NCBI GenBank assembly: GCA_963796055.1
Contig: CAWCKH010000004.1
Span: forward strand, 800,001-864,000
DNA: 64,000 bases
Source: an uncultured delta proteobacterium
GTDB lineage: Bacteria; Myxococcota; Myxococcia; Myxococcales; Myxococcaceae
Reading direction: 5' to 3'
In this document: positions 29,001 to 39,795 of the stretch, one piece after another
Numbering within the stretch: the stretch's first letter is position 1
Layout of the letters: each line of letters begins with the position of its first letter
The notes under the pieces: generated by a model
Databases searched by the model: none
Seen by the model: only the letters and a program-made list of their open reading frames with translations
What the model was told of the DNA's origin: nothing
Program-made: the position numbers and the translations under genes

Positions 29001-32000
29001 TTCCAGGTGCCGGCCGCGCCGGGCACGTTCGCTTGACCGCCGAGGCGGCCCTCCACGCCGACCTCGCGGGCCACCGTGGTCACCTGCTCGGCGAAGGTGG
29101 CCAGGGTGCTGGTCATGTTGTTGATGGTATCGGCCAGCGCTGCGACCTCGCCCTTCGACTTGACGGTGAGGTTCTGCTTCAGGTCTCCGTTGGCCACCGC
29201 GGTGACGACCTTGGCGATGCCCCGCACCTGCTCGGTGAGGTTGGCGGCCATGACGTTCACCGTGTCGGTGAGGTCCTTCCACGTCCCGGCGACGCCCGGG
29301 ACCTGCGCCTGGCCACCGAGCTTGCCGTCGGTGCCCACCTCGCGCGCCACCCGCGTCACCTCGGCGGCGAAGGCGTTCAGCTGGTCGACCATGGTGTTGA
29401 TGGTCTCCTTCAGCTGGAGGATCTCGCCCTTCACGTCGACGGTGATCTTCTTGCTGAGGTCGCCGCGGGCCACCGCGGTGGTCACCTCGGCGATGTTCCG
29501 CACCTGGGTGGTGAGGTTCCCGGCGAGGAGGTTCACGTTGTCGGTGAGGTCCTTCCAGGTGCCCGCCGCACCGGGCACGTTGGCCTGACCGCCGAGGCGT
29601 CCCTCGGTGCCCACCTCGCGGGCCACCCGCGTCACCTCGCCGGCGAAGGAGCGGAGCTGCTCCACCATGGTGTTCAGGGTCTCCTTGAGCACCAGGAGCT
29701 CGCCGCGGACGTCGACGGTGATCTTCTTGGAGAGGTCGCCGCTGGCGATGGCGGTGGCCACCTCGGCGATGTTCCGCACCTGGGCGGTGAGGTTCTTCGC
29801 CATGAGGTTCACGTTGTCGGTGAGGTCCTTCCAGGTGCCGGCCACCCCCGGGACCTCCGCCTGGCCGCCCAGCTTCCCCTCGGTGCCCACGTCACGGGCC
29901 ACGCGGGTGACCTCGGAGGCGAAGGCGTTGAGCTGGTCCACCATGGTGTTGATGGTGTTCTTCAGCTCGAGGATCTCGCCCTTCACGTCGACGGTGATCT
30001 TCCGGGAGAGGTCGCCCCGGGCCACCGCGGTGGTCACCTCGGCGATGTTCCGCACCTGGGCGGTGAGGTTCCCGGCCATGAAGTTCACGCTGTCGGTGAG
30101 CGCCTTCCAGGTTCCGGCGACGCCCGGAACCTGCGCCTGTCCGCCCAGACGTCCCTCGGTGCCCACCTCGCGGGCCACCCGGGTCACCTCGCCGGCGAAG
30201 GCGTTCAGCTGGTCGACCATGGTGTTGATGGTCTCCTTGAGCTGGAGGATCTCGCCCCGGACGTCGACGGTGATCTTCCGCGAGAGGTCACCACCGGCGA
30301 TGGCGGTGGCCACCTCGGCGATGTTCCGCACCTGGCCGGTGAGGTTTGCGGCCATGGAGTTCACCGAGTCGGTGAGGTCCTTCCAGGTCCCGCCCACGCC
30401 GGGGACCTCGGCCTGGCCCCCGAGCTTTCCGTCGGTGCCCACCTCGCGGGCGACTCGAGTGACCTCGGCGGCGAAGGCGTTCAGCTGGTCCACCATGATG
30501 TTCATGGTGTTCTTCAGCTCGAGGATCTCTCCCTTCACGTCGACGGTGATCTTCTTGCTGAGGTCGCCCCGGGCGACGGCCGTGGCCACCTCGGCGATGT
30601 TCCGCACCTGGCCGGTGAGGTTGCTGGCCATGGAGTTCACCGAGTCGGTGAGGTCCTTCCAGGTGCCAGCCACCCCGCGGACCACCGCCTGACCGCCGAG
30701 CTTCCCCTCGGTGCCCACCTCGCGGGCGACTCGGGTCACCTCGCCGGCGAAGGCGTTCAGCTGGTCCACCATGGTGTTGATGGTCTGCTTCAGCTGGAGG
30801 ATCTCCCCCGAGACGTCGACGGTGATCTTCTTGGAGAGGTCTCCGTTGGCGATGGCCGTCGCCACGTCGGCGATGTTCCGCACCTGGCCGGTCAGGTTGG
30901 CGGCCATGAAGTTCACGCTGTCGGTGAGATCCTTCCAGGTACCGCCCACGCCCGGCACCTGCGCCTGTCCGCCGAGGCGTCCCTCGGTGCCCACCTCCCG
31001 CGCCACCCGGGTCACCTCGCCGGCGAAGGCGTTGAGCTGGTCGACCATGGTGTTGATGGTCTCCTTCAGCTGGAGGATCTCGCCCGAGACGTTCACCGTG
31101 ATCTTCCGCGACAGGTCGCCGCTGGCGATCGCCGTGGACACCTCGGCGATGTTCCGCACCTGGGCGGTGAGGTTCGACGCCATGAAGTTCACGTTGTCGG
31201 TGAGGTCCTTCCAGGTGCCCGCCACCCCCGGCACCTGTGCCTGACCGCCCAGCTTCCCCTCGGTGCCCACCTCGCGCGCCACCCGGGTCACCTCGGAGGC
31301 GAAGGCGTTGAGCTGGTCCACCATGGTGTTGATGGTGTCCTTGAGCTCGAGGATCTCCCCGCGCACGTCCACGGTGATCTTCCGTGACAGGTCGCCGCGG
31401 GCCACCGCGGTGGTCACCTGGGCGATGTTGCGAACTTGATCGGTGAGGTTGCCGCACATCGCGTTCACCGAGTCGGTGAGGTCCTTCCAGGTGCCGCCCA
31501 CGCCGGGCACGATGGCCTGACCGCCGAGCCGTCCCTCGGTACCGACCTCGCGGGCCACGCGGGTCACCTCCGAGGCGAAGGACCGGAGCTGGTCCACCAT
31601 GGTGTTGATGGCCTCCTTGAGCTGGAGGATCTCGCCGCGCACGTCCACGGTGATCTTCTTGGAGAGGTCGCCCGAGGCCACGGCGATGGTCACCTCGGAG
31701 ATGTTGCGGACCTGGGCGGTGAGGTTCGAGGCCATGTAGTTCACGGACTCGGTGAGGTCCTTCCACACGCCGCTCACGTCCGGCACGTCGGCCTGGCCAC
31801 CCAGCTTTCCGTCGGTGCCCACCTCGCGGGCCACCCGGGTCACCTCGGAGGTGAACACGCCGAGCTGCTTGATCATCGAGTTGACGATGGTGGCCGAGCG
31901 GAGGAACTCGCCCTGCAGGGGCCGGCCGTCCACGTCCAGCCGCATGGTCTGGGAGAGGTTGCCCTGGGCCACCGCGGCCAGGGCACGGGTCACCTCGGTG

Positions 32001-32404
32001 GTGGGCCAGAGCAGGTCCTCGATCAGCGTGTTGACCGACTGCTCCATGTCCGCCCAGGCGCCGGACTGGCCGGTGAACTTGACGCGCTGCCGGGTCTTGC
32101 CCTCCTTGCCCACCACCTGACCCACGTGACCCAGCTGCTCGGCCATGCGCTGGTTGGCGGAGACCACGTCGTTCACCGCGTCGCCGATCTTCCCCAGGAG
32201 TCCCGTCCAGTGGCCCGGGACGCGGACGGCGAAGTTGCCGTTGCGGACCTCCAGCAGCACCCCGAGCAGCTCGCGCAGCTGCAGCGGGACCTCGGGCTCC
32301 AGCGCCGGGGCGGTGGACGCGGGGAGAGGGATCTCGGGGGTGGTGTCGAGCAGCACGTTTCCGTTCTCGCGCTGCTCGCCGCTCTTGGGGGGGGCGATGG
32401 CCAT
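26066..32404 (-). CDS. Poly-HAMP hybrid histidine kinase (HAMP array-GAF-HisKA-HATPase-3xREC)
   Basis: 11 copies of [16 protein letters not shown] plus one degenerate copy; [34 protein letters not shown]; three receiver domains. ATG at 32404. Confidence 0.95.
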   Translation of the reverse strand: MAIAPPKSGEQRENGNVLLDTTPEIPLPASTAPALEPEVPLQLRELLGVLLEVRNGNFAVRVPGHWTGLLGKIGDAVNDVVSANQRMAEQLGHVGQVVGKEGKTRQRVKFTGQSGAWADMEQSVNTLIEDLLWPTTEVTRALAAVAQGNLSQTMRLDVDGRPLQGEFLRSATIVNSMIKQLGVFTSEVTRVAREVGTDGKLGGQADVPDVSGVWKDLTESVNYMASNLTAQVRNISEVTIAVASGDLSKKITVDVRGEILQLKEAINTMVDQLRSFASEVTRVAREVGTEGRLGGQAIVPGVGGTWKDLTDSVNAMCGNLTDQVRNIAQVTTAVARGDLSRKITVDVRGEILELKDTINTMVDQLNAFASEVTRVAREVGTEGKLGGQAQVPGVAGTWKDLTDNVNFMASNLTAQVRNIAEVSTAIASGDLSRKITVNVSGEILQLKETINTMVDQLNAFAGEVTRVAREVGTEGRLGGQAQVPGVGGTWKDLTDSVNFMAANLTGQVRNIADVATAIANGDLSKKITVDVSGEILQLKQTINTMVDQLNAFAGEVTRVAREVGTEGKLGGQAVVRGVAGTWKDLTDSVNSMASNLTGQVRNIAEVATAVARGDLSKKITVDVKGEILELKNTMNIMVDQLNAFAAEVTRVAREVGTDGKLGGQAEVPGVGGTWKDLTDSVNSMAANLTGQVRNIAEVATAIAGGDLSRKITVDVRGEILQLKETINTMVDQLNAFAGEVTRVAREVGTEGRLGGQAQVPGVAGTWKALTDSVNFMAGNLTAQVRNIAEVTTAVARGDLSRKITVDVKGEILELKNTINTMVDQLNAFASEVTRVARDVGTEGKLGGQAEVPGVAGTWKDLTDNVNLMAKNLTAQVRNIAEVATAIASGDLSKKITVDVRGELLVLKETLNTMVEQLRSFAGEVTRVAREVGTEGRLGGQANVPGAAGTWKDLTDNVNLLAGNLTTQVRNIAEVTTAVARGDLSKKITVDVKGEILQLKETINTMVDQLNAFAAEVTRVAREVGTDGKLGGQAQVPGVAGTWKDLTDTVNVMAANLTEQVRGIAKVVTAVANGDLKQNLTVKSKGEVAALADTINNMTSTLATFAEQVTTVAREVGVEGRLGGQANVPGAAGTWKHLTGNVNLLAANLTTQVRAIAEVATAVTKGDLTRSVQVDARGEVAELKDNINTMIVNLRLTTERNTEQDWLKSNLARFTGMLQGQRDLTRVGQLLLSELAPLITAQQGVIYRTTDVEVGETPSLRLLASYADDGQAGHPGSFHFGEGLVGQCAVEKRRMLITDLPPDTTRVGSGLFIALPRNVIVLPVLFEGEVKAVIELASLSPYTASHLAFLDQLTTSIGIVLNSIEATMKTESLLEQSQKLAAELQAQQKELQQTNEQLAQKAQQLADQNAEVERKNQQIEQARRALEDKAEELALTSKYKSEFLANMSHELRTPLNSILILGQQLAENPEQNLTAKQVDFARTIHSAGTDLLNLISDILDLSKIESGTVTVEPADVYFSNLLDTVARPFRHDAETRGLSFEVSLDPELGRSLFTDQKRLQQVLKNLLSNAFKFTEHGGVHLKVSAAKGRWSSEHPVLDQSPLVVAFEVSDTGIGIAPEKQKIIFEAFQQADAGTARKYGGTGLGLAISRELSNLLGGEIQLRSTPGMGSTFTLYLPVRYVGPSSSLREPARSALVERATSPVRVVESSTPEPVPDDRADLQPGDLTLLVVEDDPHYARVLADLARDQGFKVLIASRGTEALELAREFKPHAVSLDVFLPDMLGWTVLSHMKQDVALRHIPVQMVTLDENRQHGLSRGAFSFVTKPATTEGLASAIEKLREYTTPRRRRLLIVEDNDLERTSIQELLEHDDIDILTAGTGARAMEILDQERVDCMVLDLRLPDISGFEVLARIRDRGTLPDLPVVVFTGRELTQDEDRQLQELARTVVLKGVESPERLLDETAIFLHRVVSDLPPHKQKMLEKLHRSDEDLRGRKVLVVDDDVRNIFALGSVLERHGMDVLTAQTGREAISMLESTPDVAVVLMDIMMPEMDGFQTIGVIRREQAFRRLPIVALTAKAMKGDREKCLDAGASDYLAKPVNTDQLLATLRNWLHR
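28860..32150 (-). repeat. Coding tandem repeat, about 276-bp (92-aa) HAMP units
   Basis: CCTCGGTGCCCACCTCGCG-type motif recurs every 276 bp inside the kinase gene. Boundaries approximate. Confidence 0.85.
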
Positions 32405-32417
32405 GGGGTGATGCTCC

Positions 32418-34082
32418 TCAGGAACTGGTGGCGGCGGGCGACCCGGAGTCGTGCCGCTTGCGGCTGAGCTCGACGAAGACCGCGACCTTCTTGCGGACGA
32501 TCTCCGGGTCGAGCGGCTTGACCAGGTAGTCGGCTCCCCCGGCCGCATAGGCCCGGTGGATCTCCTCCGGGTCCTCACCGAAGGCGGTGATGAAGATGAT
32601 CGGGATGTGGCGGCTCCGCTCCAGGGCCTTGAGGTGGGTGGCCACCTCGAAGCCGTTCATCCGGGGCATCGCCACGTCAATCAGCGCGACGGAGAAGCGT
32701 TCCCGCAGCGCGAGGCGCAGGGCCTCCTCGCCATTGGTGGCGCAGACCAGATTGTAGTCCGGGCGCTCGAGGATGGCCTGCAGCGCGGTGAGGTTGTCCA
32801 CCTTGTCGTCCACCAGGAGGATGGCCGCCGGCTCGACCGCGCTCTGCGGCGGCCCCGCCCGCTCCACCGCGGTGGCCAGGGTGAAGAAGAAGGTCGCGCC
32901 CTTGCCCGGCTCGCTCTCGACCCAGATGCGTCCGCCGTGCGCCTCGACGATGGCCTTGCAGATGGCGAGTCCCAGGCCCGCGCCGCGCCGGTCGGACGAC
33001 TGCGCCTGCCAGAACCGGTCGAAGACCCGGGGCAGGTGCTCGCGGGGGACGCCGGGCCCGGTGTCGCGCACGCTGAACAGCACCCAGCCGGGCTCGGAGG
33101 CCCGCGTCGCTCCCACGGTGACCACTCCCCCGGGCGGGGTGAACTTCAGAGCGTTCCCCACCAGGTTCTCCAGCACTTGAAGGACCCGCTCCTCGTCCGC
33201 CTGGACGGAAGGGAGCGCCGGGCCCACGTCGGTGTTGATGATCACCGAGGTCTGTCCGGCGAGGCTCTGCTGGGACTCGAGGGCGGTGAGGATCAGCGAG
33301 GTGGGAGCGACCTCCCCCTTGCTCACCGTGAAGTGGCCGCCCTCGATGGCGTGGATGTCGAGCAGGTCCTGCAGGAGCCGCTCCATCCGCTGCGCGCTGC
33401 GCTGGATGCGCTCCAGCGGGCGCCGGAGGGCGTGCTCGCTGATGCGCGGGAGAAGCGTGCTCACCCCGACGGTGACGGCGTGGAGCGGGTTGCGGAGGTC
33501 GTGGGCCACGACCGCCAGCCCCTCCTCGCGGGCGCGGAGATTCTCGCGCAGCCGGTCAAGCTCGCGCCGGCGGGCCAGCTCGGGGCCCAGCGCGTCGCCC
33601 ACCGTCCGGAGCAGCTCGCTCTCGGCAGGGGTGAGCGTCCGCCCGGCGCCGGTCGCCAGGTAGAGCGCGCCGCCCAGCCCGCCTGCCGTTACCAGCGGAA
33701 CGCAGTGCAGGACCCGCCAGCGGACCGGCAAGGTGGGGTCGAGACGGCCGGCAGCCTCGGCCGTCAACACGAAGGGGGCCAGGGGATCCGGCCAGGGGTG
33801 GGCGCCCATCGCGAGGGGCGGAAGCGCCGCGAGCTCGGCGCCCACCGCCGCAGCCGCCCGGAGCGCATCGCCCTCGCGCACTCCGAGCAGGGCTCCCTCG
33901 AGGCGCAGTCCCCGCACCAGGACCTCGGGAACCGCTCCCAGAAGCCCCTCGGTGGTGTCCTGACGGCCGAATGTCCGCAGCAGTTCGGTGAGGATCGCCG
34001 ACACCGCACCGGGGCCCAGGTCGGCGGCAGGAGTCGCCTCGGGCGCGGGGGGGACGGTCTCGCTTCTGTGCACGGCAGTCAC
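32418..34082 (-). CDS. Hybrid sensor kinase (degenerate GAF-HisKA-HATPase-REC)
   Basis: [32 protein letters not shown]-terminal ILLVDD...LIDVAMP...KP. Start approximate. Confidence 0.9.
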   Translation of the reverse strand: MTAVHRSETVPPAPEATPAADLGPGAVSAILTELLRTFGRQDTTEGLLGAVPEVLVRGLRLEGALLGVREGDALRAAAAVGAELAALPPLAMGAHPWPDPLAPFVLTAEAAGRLDPTLPVRWRVLHCVPLVTAGGLGGALYLATGAGRTLTPAESELLRTVGDALGPELARRRELDRLRENLRAREEGLAVVAHDLRNPLHAVTVGVSTLLPRISEHALRRPLERIQRSAQRMERLLQDLLDIHAIEGGHFTVSKGEVAPTSLILTALESQQSLAGQTSVIINTDVGPALPSVQADEERVLQVLENLVGNALKFTPPGGVVTVGATRASEPGWVLFSVRDTGPGVPREHLPRVFDRFWQAQSSDRRGAGLGLAICKAIVEAHGGRIWVESEPGKGATFFFTLATAVERAGPPQSAVEPAAILLVDDKVDNLTALQAILERPDYNLVCATNGEEALRLALRERFSVALIDVAMPRMNGFEVATHLKALERSRHIPIIFITAFGEDPEEIHRAYAAGGADYLVKPLDPEIVRKKVAVFVELSRKRHDSGSPAATSS

Positions 34083-34340
34083 GGCGAGTGCGGGCCTCTC
34101 TGTCGTCCCCCGGGGGCCGGCACCGGGCTCCGACGTGGGGAGGGGAGGGCCGTTGTACCTGCGACGGGTCAAGGAACAGCGGGGGGTTGGGATCACCCCG
34201 TCAGCGGCTCAACACGCAGCACCAACCGCCGACCAGCGGACACTTCGGCGGCGACCGTGCTCTTCCGGACACTCCGCCCGCCTCCGGACGGGAAGCCATT
34301 GACCGTCAACTCGATGGCAGGGAGCAGCAGCGCCGGGCTC

Positions 34341-37064
34341 CTAACCGTGTGGTGGGCCCTCGGCGAGCCTGGCCATGACGGGCTCGGGGTGGACCCGGTG
34401 CGCCTCGGCGGCGATGCGGAGGAAGCCGCGTGCCTGAGCGTCGCGGGCGAGCGCGGCGAGCGTGCCGGCGGCCGCACCCCCCCGTCGGGTCAGCACCTCG
34501 CTCAGGGCCAGCTCTGCCTCGAGGCGAAGCGGCACCACGCCGGCGCTCGTGGCGCGGGCGCGGGTGGCGAGGACCCGCCCGCGGGGGTCCAGTCCGAGCT
34601 GGAGCTCGTCCCGTGCGAGCTCGAGCTGCGCCAGGATGGCCGGCTCGAAGAACCCGTTCGATTCCGCGACCTCGCTCGCCCGCGTCGCTTGCGCCCGCGC
34701 TGCACGGGGCCGGCCCTCCAGCCGGAGCAGGCGCGCCTGGACCAGCGTCGCGTAGGCCTCGTCGTACCGGGTGCGGTCCGCCGGACGCGCCTGGTCGAGG
34801 AGCCGGCGGGCCTCGGGGACGCGCCGGAGGTCGAGCAGCACGTTGGCCCGCTGCACCAGCACCCGGCCCTGGATGAAGGTGGGCAGGCCCTTCTCGTTGA
34901 TCGCCCAAGCCAGGAGGTCCGCGGCGCGCTCGCTCTTGCCCTGGGCCCGCAGCACCTCGGCGAGGTGGGGCAGGACGCGAAAGCCCTTGTTCTCGACCCG
35001 GAGGTCCTCCTGCTGCGCCTGCTCGGCGAGCCGTGCCGCCTCGGCCAGCGCGCCCCGGGCGAAGCGGAGCCGGGACTGCTCTCGCCACTGGTACATCCGG
35101 GAGAGCGCGCCGCGCGAGCGGGCCTCGGGAGGGCGCGGGCGGTCGAGCGACTCGGCCTCCCGGGCCGCGGCCTCGGCCTCGGCGAGGTTGCCGCGGGTGA
35201 GCTCGAGCGACGCCATGTCCCAGAGCACGTCGGCGAGCAGCCGTGCGTCGCCGGCTCGACGGGTGCCGTCCACCGCCTGCTGGAGCCAGGCGCTCACGTC
35301 GGCGAGCGGCCGGTCGAAGCGCAGGGTGATGGCGCGATCCTTTGCCGCCCGCCAGGCCCACTCCGACCCGGCTCCGGCGCGCATCGCCTCGGCGTGGAAG
35401 CGGTCCGCGGCGTCGGTGTCCTCGCGCTCCAGCGCCACCGCGGCCCGCTCGTAGCTGGCGTTCGCCTCCAGGGTGGACAGCCCGAGCGCGCGCGCTCGGT
35501 CCGCCACCCGGGCGAGCGCGGCATCGGCGAGCGCGAGCTGGCCGTCGTCGAAGGCGACGGCGTACGCCACCCAGTCGATGGCCGCGGCCTCGAGCGGAGA
35601 GGTGGGCAGACGCTGAAGGCGCTGCAGGGTGGCCTTCCGTGCGTCACCGGACTGCACCGAGGCCAGCCGCACCCCGAGCCGGACGTCGCCGGGGGAGAGG
35701 TCGAAGAGCGTCCCCCAGAGGCCGGCAGCGCGCTCCTGCTCCCCGGAGAGCGCGCGGTACTGGGCCTCGACCGCCATCCGCTGCTGCTCGGGGAGGCCGC
35801 CGGCGGACTCGAAGGCGAAGCGGGCGGTGTCGCGGGCCTCGGCGGAGAAGCCGGCCCGGTCGAGCGCGTGGGCCAGCTCGCTGCGGGCGAGCACGAACTC
35901 GGGGGCCAGCGCGGTGACCTGCTGCAGCTCGGCCGCGGCGCCGATGTTGTCGCTGGCGTCGAGGCGCAGCAGCGCGCTCCTCCAGGCCCGCGCCGCGACC
36001 GGATTCGCCGGCACCCACCGCGAGCCGAAGGACGCGGAGACCGCACGCCGGGCGGAGAGCTGGTGGTGGACCAGCAGCGCGGCGTTCCCGCCCAGGGCCA
36101 GCGACACCATGCAGCCCAGGGCGAGCGCGAGGGCGCGGTGGCCGCGGCGGCGGGCCCGCACCCTCCGGATGCGCTCGCCGGCGAGGAGGCGCACGAAGTC
36201 GTCCGGCGTCGGGCAGCGTTCCTGCACTGAGGGCGCGAGCGCCCGGGCCAGCGCCCTCCGCCAGTGCTCCGGAAGCTCGGGGGAGCGACGGGTGAGGTCC
36301 GGCGGAGCGCGGGCGCGCACCGCGTCGGGGCCCAGCGGAGTGTCGGAGAAGGGGAGCTCGCCAGTGAGCATCTCGTAGGCAACCACCCCGAGCGCGTACA
36401 CGTCCGCCGCGGGCCCGAGCGGCGACCCCTGAGCCTGCTCCGGAGCCATGTACGCCGGAGTGCCCACGTAGCTTCCGGTGCAGGTCAGCGCGCGCTGCCC
36501 CTCGCGAACCGCGCGGGCGACGCCGAAGTCGGTGATCACCACCCGGGTCCGTCCGTCCGGCTGTGGCACGAGCAGCACGTTGCTGCTCTTGAAGTCGCGG
36601 TGGAGCACGCCGTGGGCGTGGGCCGCTCCGAGGGCGGCGGCCATCTGCCGCAGCAGCGGCTCGGCCTCGTCCGGGCGGAAGCGTCCCCGCCGGGCGATCT
36701 CCCTGGTGAGCGTCTCCCCCTCGAGCAGCTCCATCACCAGGAAGAGCAGCTGGCCCACCTCGCAGGAGTGGGCAAAGAGCTCGTAGACCCGGCAGACGTT
36801 GGGGTGGGCCACCGCGCGGGCCAGGAGCACCTCGCGCCGGATGCGCTCCTCGGCGTCGGGCACTGCCCCGAGGAGGACCTTCACCGCGACCCGGGCGCGG
36901 AGCATGCGGTCCTCGGCCTCGTAGACCACGCCCATGCCGCCCCGGGCGATGAACCGGCGGAGCTCGAAGCGTCCGGCCAGCACCGTGCCCTCGGCCAGCA
37001 CCTGCGCCGGCGGGCCGGGCGGGGTGCGCAGCAAGGTGTCCTGGCAGGACAGGAACGACTGCAT
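34341..37064 (-). CDS. Ser/Thr protein kinase with TM helix and C-terminal TPR region
   Basis: RGGMGVVY, VAVK, HRDFKSSN, DFG, GTPAYMAPE, DVYALG; TM helix; Ala-rich TPR-like repeats. GAGGAG RBS before ATG 37064. Confidence 0.9.
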   Translation of the reverse strand: MQSFLSCQDTLLRTPPGPPAQVLAEGTVLAGRFELRRFIARGGMGVVYEAEDRMLRARVAVKVLLGAVPDAEERIRREVLLARAVAHPNVCRVYELFAHSCEVGQLLFLVMELLEGETLTREIARRGRFRPDEAEPLLRQMAAALGAAHAHGVLHRDFKSSNVLLVPQPDGRTRVVITDFGVARAVREGQRALTCTGSYVGTPAYMAPEQAQGSPLGPAADVYALGVVAYEMLTGELPFSDTPLGPDAVRARAPPDLTRRSPELPEHWRRALARALAPSVQERCPTPDDFVRLLAGERIRRVRARRRGHRALALALGCMVSLALGGNAALLVHHQLSARRAVSASFGSRWVPANPVAARAWRSALLRLDASDNIGAAAELQQVTALAPEFVLARSELAHALDRAGFSAEARDTARFAFESAGGLPEQQRMAVEAQYRALSGEQERAAGLWGTLFDLSPGDVRLGVRLASVQSGDARKATLQRLQRLPTSPLEAAAIDWVAYAVAFDDGQLALADAALARVADRARALGLSTLEANASYERAAVALEREDTDAADRFHAEAMRAGAGSEWAWRAAKDRAITLRFDRPLADVSAWLQQAVDGTRRAGDARLLADVLWDMASLELTRGNLAEAEAAAREAESLDRPRPPEARSRGALSRMYQWREQSRLRFARGALAEAARLAEQAQQEDLRVENKGFRVLPHLAEVLRAQGKSERAADLLAWAINEKGLPTFIQGRVLVQRANVLLDLRRVPEARRLLDQARPADRTRYDEAYATLVQARLLRLEGRPRAARAQATRASEVAESNGFFEPAILAQLELARDELQLGLDPRGRVLATRARATSAGVVPLRLEAELALSEVLTRRGGAAAGTLAALARDAQARGFLRIAAEAHRVHPEPVMARLAEGPPHG

Positions 37065-37311
37065 GACCAACTCCTCGGGGTCTTCCCCCGGGGACTGTCG
37101 TCCGGAGCGACGGATTCTTCCCCGAGGGCCAACCGGGCCGGAGTCGAGAGCCCGGGGAGGTGTCAAACACCTCTGTCGCAGCTCGAAGTGGGCGGAATCA
37201 GGCGCCCGGGACGACCCCCCCCCCGCCCGATGGCTCCGTCGCGGGAGCGCACGGCCGGAGGGAGCGGGCCGCCGCCAGGGGGGGACGGGCAGCGGCCACG
37301 TCTGCGTCAAC

Positions 37312-38901
37312 TCAGATGAACAGAGCGCACACCACGTCGACGAAGAGGATCTTCACGATGGTCATCCCCGGGAAGATCATCGCGTAGCCCAGGTCGGGCC
37401 GGTCGGTGGGCGCGAGCTTGTTCGAATAGGCGAGGATGGCCGGGTTTCCGCAGGCGCCGGCGACGATGCCCGCCACCTCGTCGAACGGCATCCGGAAGAC
37501 GAATAGCCCGAGCACCATGATCGGCAGCACGAGCGCGGCGAGCACCAGTGCGCCCAGCCCCAGCATCAGGAAGCCGGTCTGGCTGACGGTGGAGACGAAC
37601 TTCGGACCGGAGGCCATGCCCACCTGGGCGAGGAACAGCGTCAGGCCCAGGTTTCGCAGGACGAGGTTCGCCGAGAGCGGGATGGTCCAGTTCATCCCCC
37701 CGGTGCGCCGCTGCTGCCCGAGGATGAGGGCGATGATCAGCACCCCGGCGAGCCCGATGGAGATCTTCCCGATGAAGGGCACCGGGAGGGCGATGGCCCC
37801 GAGCAGGAACCCCAGCGCCATGCCGAGCCCGATGGAGATGTAGCTGAACTCCGCCGTGCCCTTGATCGAGTCGCCGAAGTACTTCCGCAGCTCGGGGAAG
37901 TCGCTGCGGTTCGCCAGCACGCCCACCCGGTCGCCGAACTCGACGATCAGGTCTGGACGCGACAGGAGGTCCGCGTCGCCGCGGCGGACGTGCAGAACCG
38001 TCGAGGCGAGCTTCCCCGGAAGCTGGAGGTCACCCAGCGGGCGGCCCACCACCGTCTTCTTGGAAGCGAAGACCCGGAGGTAGTCCACGTCCCCGCGGTC
38101 CTTCATGAAGCGGCCCGGCGCCGGATGCCCGATGGACTCGCTGGCCTTGGCCAGCACCTCCTTGCTCGGGCCGACGGCGAGCAGCACGTCGTTCTCGGCC
38201 ACCACCACGTTCGGTGAGGCGGGCTCGTTGCGCTGTGACCGCCGCACCGCCGCCACCTGCACGCCCTCGGGAAGGGTGGACACGACATCCGCCAGGGTCT
38301 TCCCGTACAGCTCGGGGTTGTGGAGCGCGATCTCCAGCAGCTCGGCGCCGGTGGTGGTGGGCATCTCCACCTTGGGCTTGAGCACCATGAAGGCGATGTA
38401 GAGGAACAGGATCGGCCCGGCGACGCCGAAGGGGTAGGCCACCGAGTAGCCCACCGCCGCGTCGTCGTTCTTCATCGCGGCGATGATGGCCTGCAGGGTG
38501 GGCGTGCTGGTACCCGACCCGGCGAACAGCCCGAGCGAGTGGCCCAGCTTCACGTCCATGGTCTTCACGAACACCAGGCTCAGCGCCCCGGCGAGCAGCA
38601 CGCCCACCAGCGCCATGAGGTTCGCCTTGCGCCCGCTCGGGCTGGTGAGCCCGGTGAAGAACTGCTTTCCGTACTGGATGCCCACCGCATACAGGAACAG
38701 CGCCAGGCCCAAGGTCCCCACCATCGGCGCGGGCGCGGCCTTGGGCACCCACCAGCCGATCGCCAGGGCGACGAACAGCACCGCCCCCACGCCCAGCGAG
38801 AAACCTTTGATGTTGACCTCTCCCAGCAGGTAGCCGAGCGCGATCACCAGGAAGAGCGTCATCAGCGGCTGCTGGGTGAGGAGCGTCTGGACGAATTCCA
38901 T
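37312..38901 (-). CDS. Aspartate:alanine exchanger (AAE, YidE/YbjL) family transporter with TrkA-C domains
   Basis: LGVGAVLFV, LFLYAVGIQYG, GSGTSTPTL, GYSVAYPFG; central TrkA-C-like region; duplicated half LFLAQVG..SG, GNPAIL. Confidence 0.9.
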   Translation of the reverse strand: MEFVQTLLTQQPLMTLFLVIALGYLLGEVNIKGFSLGVGAVLFVALAIGWWVPKAAPAPMVGTLGLALFLYAVGIQYGKQFFTGLTSPSGRKANLMALVGVLLAGALSLVFVKTMDVKLGHSLGLFAGSGTSTPTLQAIIAAMKNDDAAVGYSVAYPFGVAGPILFLYIAFMVLKPKVEMPTTTGAELLEIALHNPELYGKTLADVVSTLPEGVQVAAVRRSQRNEPASPNVVVAENDVLLAVGPSKEVLAKASESIGHPAPGRFMKDRGDVDYLRVFASKKTVVGRPLGDLQLPGKLASTVLHVRRGDADLLSRPDLIVEFGDRVGVLANRSDFPELRKYFGDSIKGTAEFSYISIGLGMALGFLLGAIALPVPFIGKISIGLAGVLIIALILGQQRRTGGMNWTIPLSANLVLRNLGLTLFLAQVGMASGPKFVSTVSQTGFLMLGLGALVLAALVLPIMVLGLFVFRMPFDEVAGIVAGACGNPAILAYSNKLAPTDRPDLGYAMIFPGMTIVKILFVDVVCALFI

Positions 38902-38916
38902 GATCGTCCTCCTCCC

Positions 38917-39786
38917 TCAGTAGACGGTCAGCCCGCGTGAGCGGAACTGGCTGCGCACCCGGTCGATCAAGTCGATCGCCGGCGGTTGAGCGTTTTCCAG
39001 CGGGTAGGTGAGCCCCAGCCGGTGCCACTTCTCCTTCCCCATCTGGTGGAAGGGCTGGATCTCCACCCGCTCCACCGTCTTCAGCCCGGCGCAGATGTCG
39101 GCCAGCTTCTCCACGTTGTCCCGGGCGTCGGTGAGCTCGGGGACCAGGGTGAAGCGGACCCACAGCGGCCGGCCCAGCTCGGACAGCCTGCGCGCGAACT
39201 CGAGCGTGGGCTGCAGCGGCTGCCGGGTCACCTTCTCGTATGTCGCCGGGTCACCGGACTTGATGTCCAGGAGATGGAGGTCGATTTCCTTCAGCTCCTG
39301 GTCGGTGAACTTCGCGCCCAGACGGCCCGAGGTCTCGATCGCGGTGTGGAGGCCCAGCTGGTGGCAGCGCCGGAAGAGCTCGAGGAGGAACGTCTTCTGC
39401 AGCTGCGGCTCGCCCCCGGAGATGGTGACCCCGCCCTGGGTCAGCTTCAGCACCTGGGCGAAGGACGAGATCCGCGCCATGGCCCGGGCGATGGTGACCG
39501 GCACCCCGTTGAATTTGTGCCAGGTGTCGGGGTTGTGGCAGTACTGGCAGCGCAGCGGGCAGCCGGTGAGGAAGCCCACGAAGCGCACGCCCGGCCCATC
39601 CACCGTGCTCCCCGCCTCCCAGCTATGCACGTAGCCGACGAGGTCGTCCCCTTCCCGGACGACCGCGTCGACGTCACCGGGGTGCTCGGCGAAGTAGTCG
39701 GTGGCCTTCTTGCTCTCCGCCTCGCCCTCCGGTGCGACCTTCAGCTCGTAGCGACTCTCGGCCAGCGCCTCTTCGGTCGGGGACAT
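38917..39786 (-). CDS. pflA: Pyruvate formate-lyase activating enzyme (radical SAM)
   Basis: [40 protein letters not shown]. Adjacent to pflB. Confidence 0.95.
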   Translation of the reverse strand: MSPTEEALAESRYELKVAPEGEAESKKATDYFAEHPGDVDAVVREGDDLVGYVHSWEAGSTVDGPGVRFVGFLTGCPLRCQYCHNPDTWHKFNGVPVTIARAMARISSFAQVLKLTQGGVTISGGEPQLQKTFLLELFRRCHQLGLHTAIETSGRLGAKFTDQELKEIDLHLLDIKSGDPATYEKVTRQPLQPTLEFARRLSELGRPLWVRFTLVPELTDARDNVEKLADICAGLKTVERVEIQPFHQMGKEKWHRLGLTYPLENAQPPAIDLIDRVRSQFRSRGLTVY

Positions 39787-39795
39787 GGCCGGCCC

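Noticed and set aside
28860..32150. Regular DNA repeats resembling a CRISPR array
   Set aside because: The period is 276 bp, in frame, with no unique spacers and no cas genes. These are HAMP coding repeats.
28061..36230. Long plus-strand ORFs (28061-31387, 32451-36230)
   Set aside because: Antisense mirrors of the kinase genes with no motifs of their own.
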